DNA of 64,000 nt from Podarcis tiliguerta (Eukaryota): the NCBI GenBank assembly GCA_965153285.1, contig OZ229118.1; one strand, 5' to 3'. The position numbers and the translations under genes were made by a program. Shown here piece by piece: positions 62,773-64,000 of this stretch. Within the stretch, counting starts at the first letter, position 1, and every line of letters starts with the position of its first letter. A model generated the notes under the pieces. The model saw nothing but the letters and a program-made list of their open reading frames with translations, had not been told where the DNA came from and searched no databases.

Positions 62773-63120
62773 CTTGCTTTTCCAATATCTTCTCTCTCAT
62801 CCCTAGTAAAGTTGAGCTGATTTTTTTCAGAAGACTTTCTTCTGCGATTTTTCTTTCTCTCACTGCTTACCCCCCCCCCCCAAATGATCTATTTGCAGAA
62901 CTTTCTCTCGGGGGCATTGTGGAGAATGCAAAATGGCGTCCAGGCTGCTAACACAGTTACTGCCACTGCCATTTGCAGTGGCAGCAAAATAACAAAACTT
63001 TAGGAAAAAATAAACTGCGCTACTACCACTGCTAGTTCCACATCCAGAGAAACTAGGTAAAATGTTCTGCTGCCCACAAACAGGATGGACAGTTACAAGA
63101 GGCCATTTGCATACAGCTGT
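62773..63120 (-). promoter_or_regulatory. Candidate alternative promoter / first exon
   Basis: Consensus donor AAG|GTGAGT (exon ends at 62773), YY1 motif CAAAATGGCG at 62929-62938, octamer at 63105-63112. No recognisable repeat. Confidence 0.3.
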
Positions 63121-63211
63121 AACCTTTAAGCCTTTCCGAGGTTCTCTCCTTCCAGCCTTCACTATCCCTCTGTAACCCAGAGCTAACAGGCAATCAGTTA
63201 TTAACATGCTA

Positions 63212-63420
63212 CAGTGGTACCTCAGGTTAAGAACTTTATTTGTTCTGGAGGTCCGTTCTTAACCTGAGGTACCACTTTAGCTAATGGGGCCTCCAGCTGC
63301 CGCCACACCACCGCTGCACGATTTCTGTTCTCATCCTGAAGCAAAGTTCTTAACCCGAGGTACTATTTCTGGGTTAGCGGAGTCTGTAGCCTGAAGCGTC
63401 TGTAACCCAAGGTACAACTG
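63212..63420. mobile_element. pogo/Tigger-type MITE, family B, inverted relative to 27484
   Basis: TA TSD, CAGTGGTACCTCAGGTTA / TAACCCAAGGTACAACTG ends. 17 bp shorter than its sibling. Confidence 0.92.
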
Positions 63421-64000
63421 TATATACAAAAGTTCTACATACACTTTGTTCCTATAAAGCACCATGCATGGATAAAGTGTCAGGTATAGATACGGAAAAC
63501 TTGATTTAAAAAATAAATAAATGACATGGTGATAAACCTTACAATTAAATATTTGTAAACAAGCTAGAAAGAGGAAAGCAAGGAAATATGGAGAGAGCAT
63601 CCACAGTCATGTACTTGAATCAATTTCTAGTGTGGCAGGAAACCACTCACATGCAAATACAGATGACTCTTCCAAGGGAGACATGCATCCTGATGGTAGC
63701 TGACTTTATTGTAACAGGAAGCCTCCCCCTTCCCATTATGCACTATTGGATTGTCTGAGGCAGACACTAACAGCAGCTTTTGCTCTCCTGCAAGGAGCTA
63801 CAGGCAGCCAATTACAGGAACACAATATGTACAGTTGATGCAATGAAAAAAAATTGGAGGACGCATCAACCTCTGGCAAAAACACAAATATTTTCAGTCA
63901 AATATTGAAAAAAACCAAGACCTTACCCAAAATAATAAAAGCATGCAAGGTGTCTTCCCCCCCCCCCCCACAGCCTAAGATACGGGTTTTAAACAAAATA

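Noticed and set aside
1-64000. Novel multi-gene system, endogenous virus or autonomous transposon
   Set aside because: No long ORFs, LTR pairs, or transposase/integrase/RT domains were seen; all elements are non-autonomous or fragmentary.

Overview
This is vertebrate non-coding DNA, not prokaryotic. The repeat inventory (Sauria-type SINEs, Squam3-like SINEs, tRNA/CR1-tail SINEs, Bov-B, L2, Penelope-like ends, pogo/Tigger, hAT and Harbinger-type MITEs) points to a squamate, most likely a lacertid lizard. Family names come from recalled consensus motifs and end/TSD structure, not from a database search. I find no intact gene, operon, CRISPR array, rRNA or bona fide tRNA. The supplied ORFs are chance or transposon-derived, and many start at TTG/GTG. 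The window looks like a long intron or gene desert, possibly of a minus-strand gene. A few weak minus-strand exon candidates exist (26620-26718, a consensus donor at 62773, a short ATG exon at 14851), but I cannot name the gene. The best-supported observations concern transposon architecture: a three-level nested insertion, a SINE sitting at a hAT terminal repeat, a microhomology-fused SINE chimera, two different tRNA heads on one CR1-type tail, near-perfect hairpins, and eight two-copy families all in inverted orientation. Several repeat-free blocks carry enhancer-like motif clusters. I do not see evidence sufficient to claim a new biological system.
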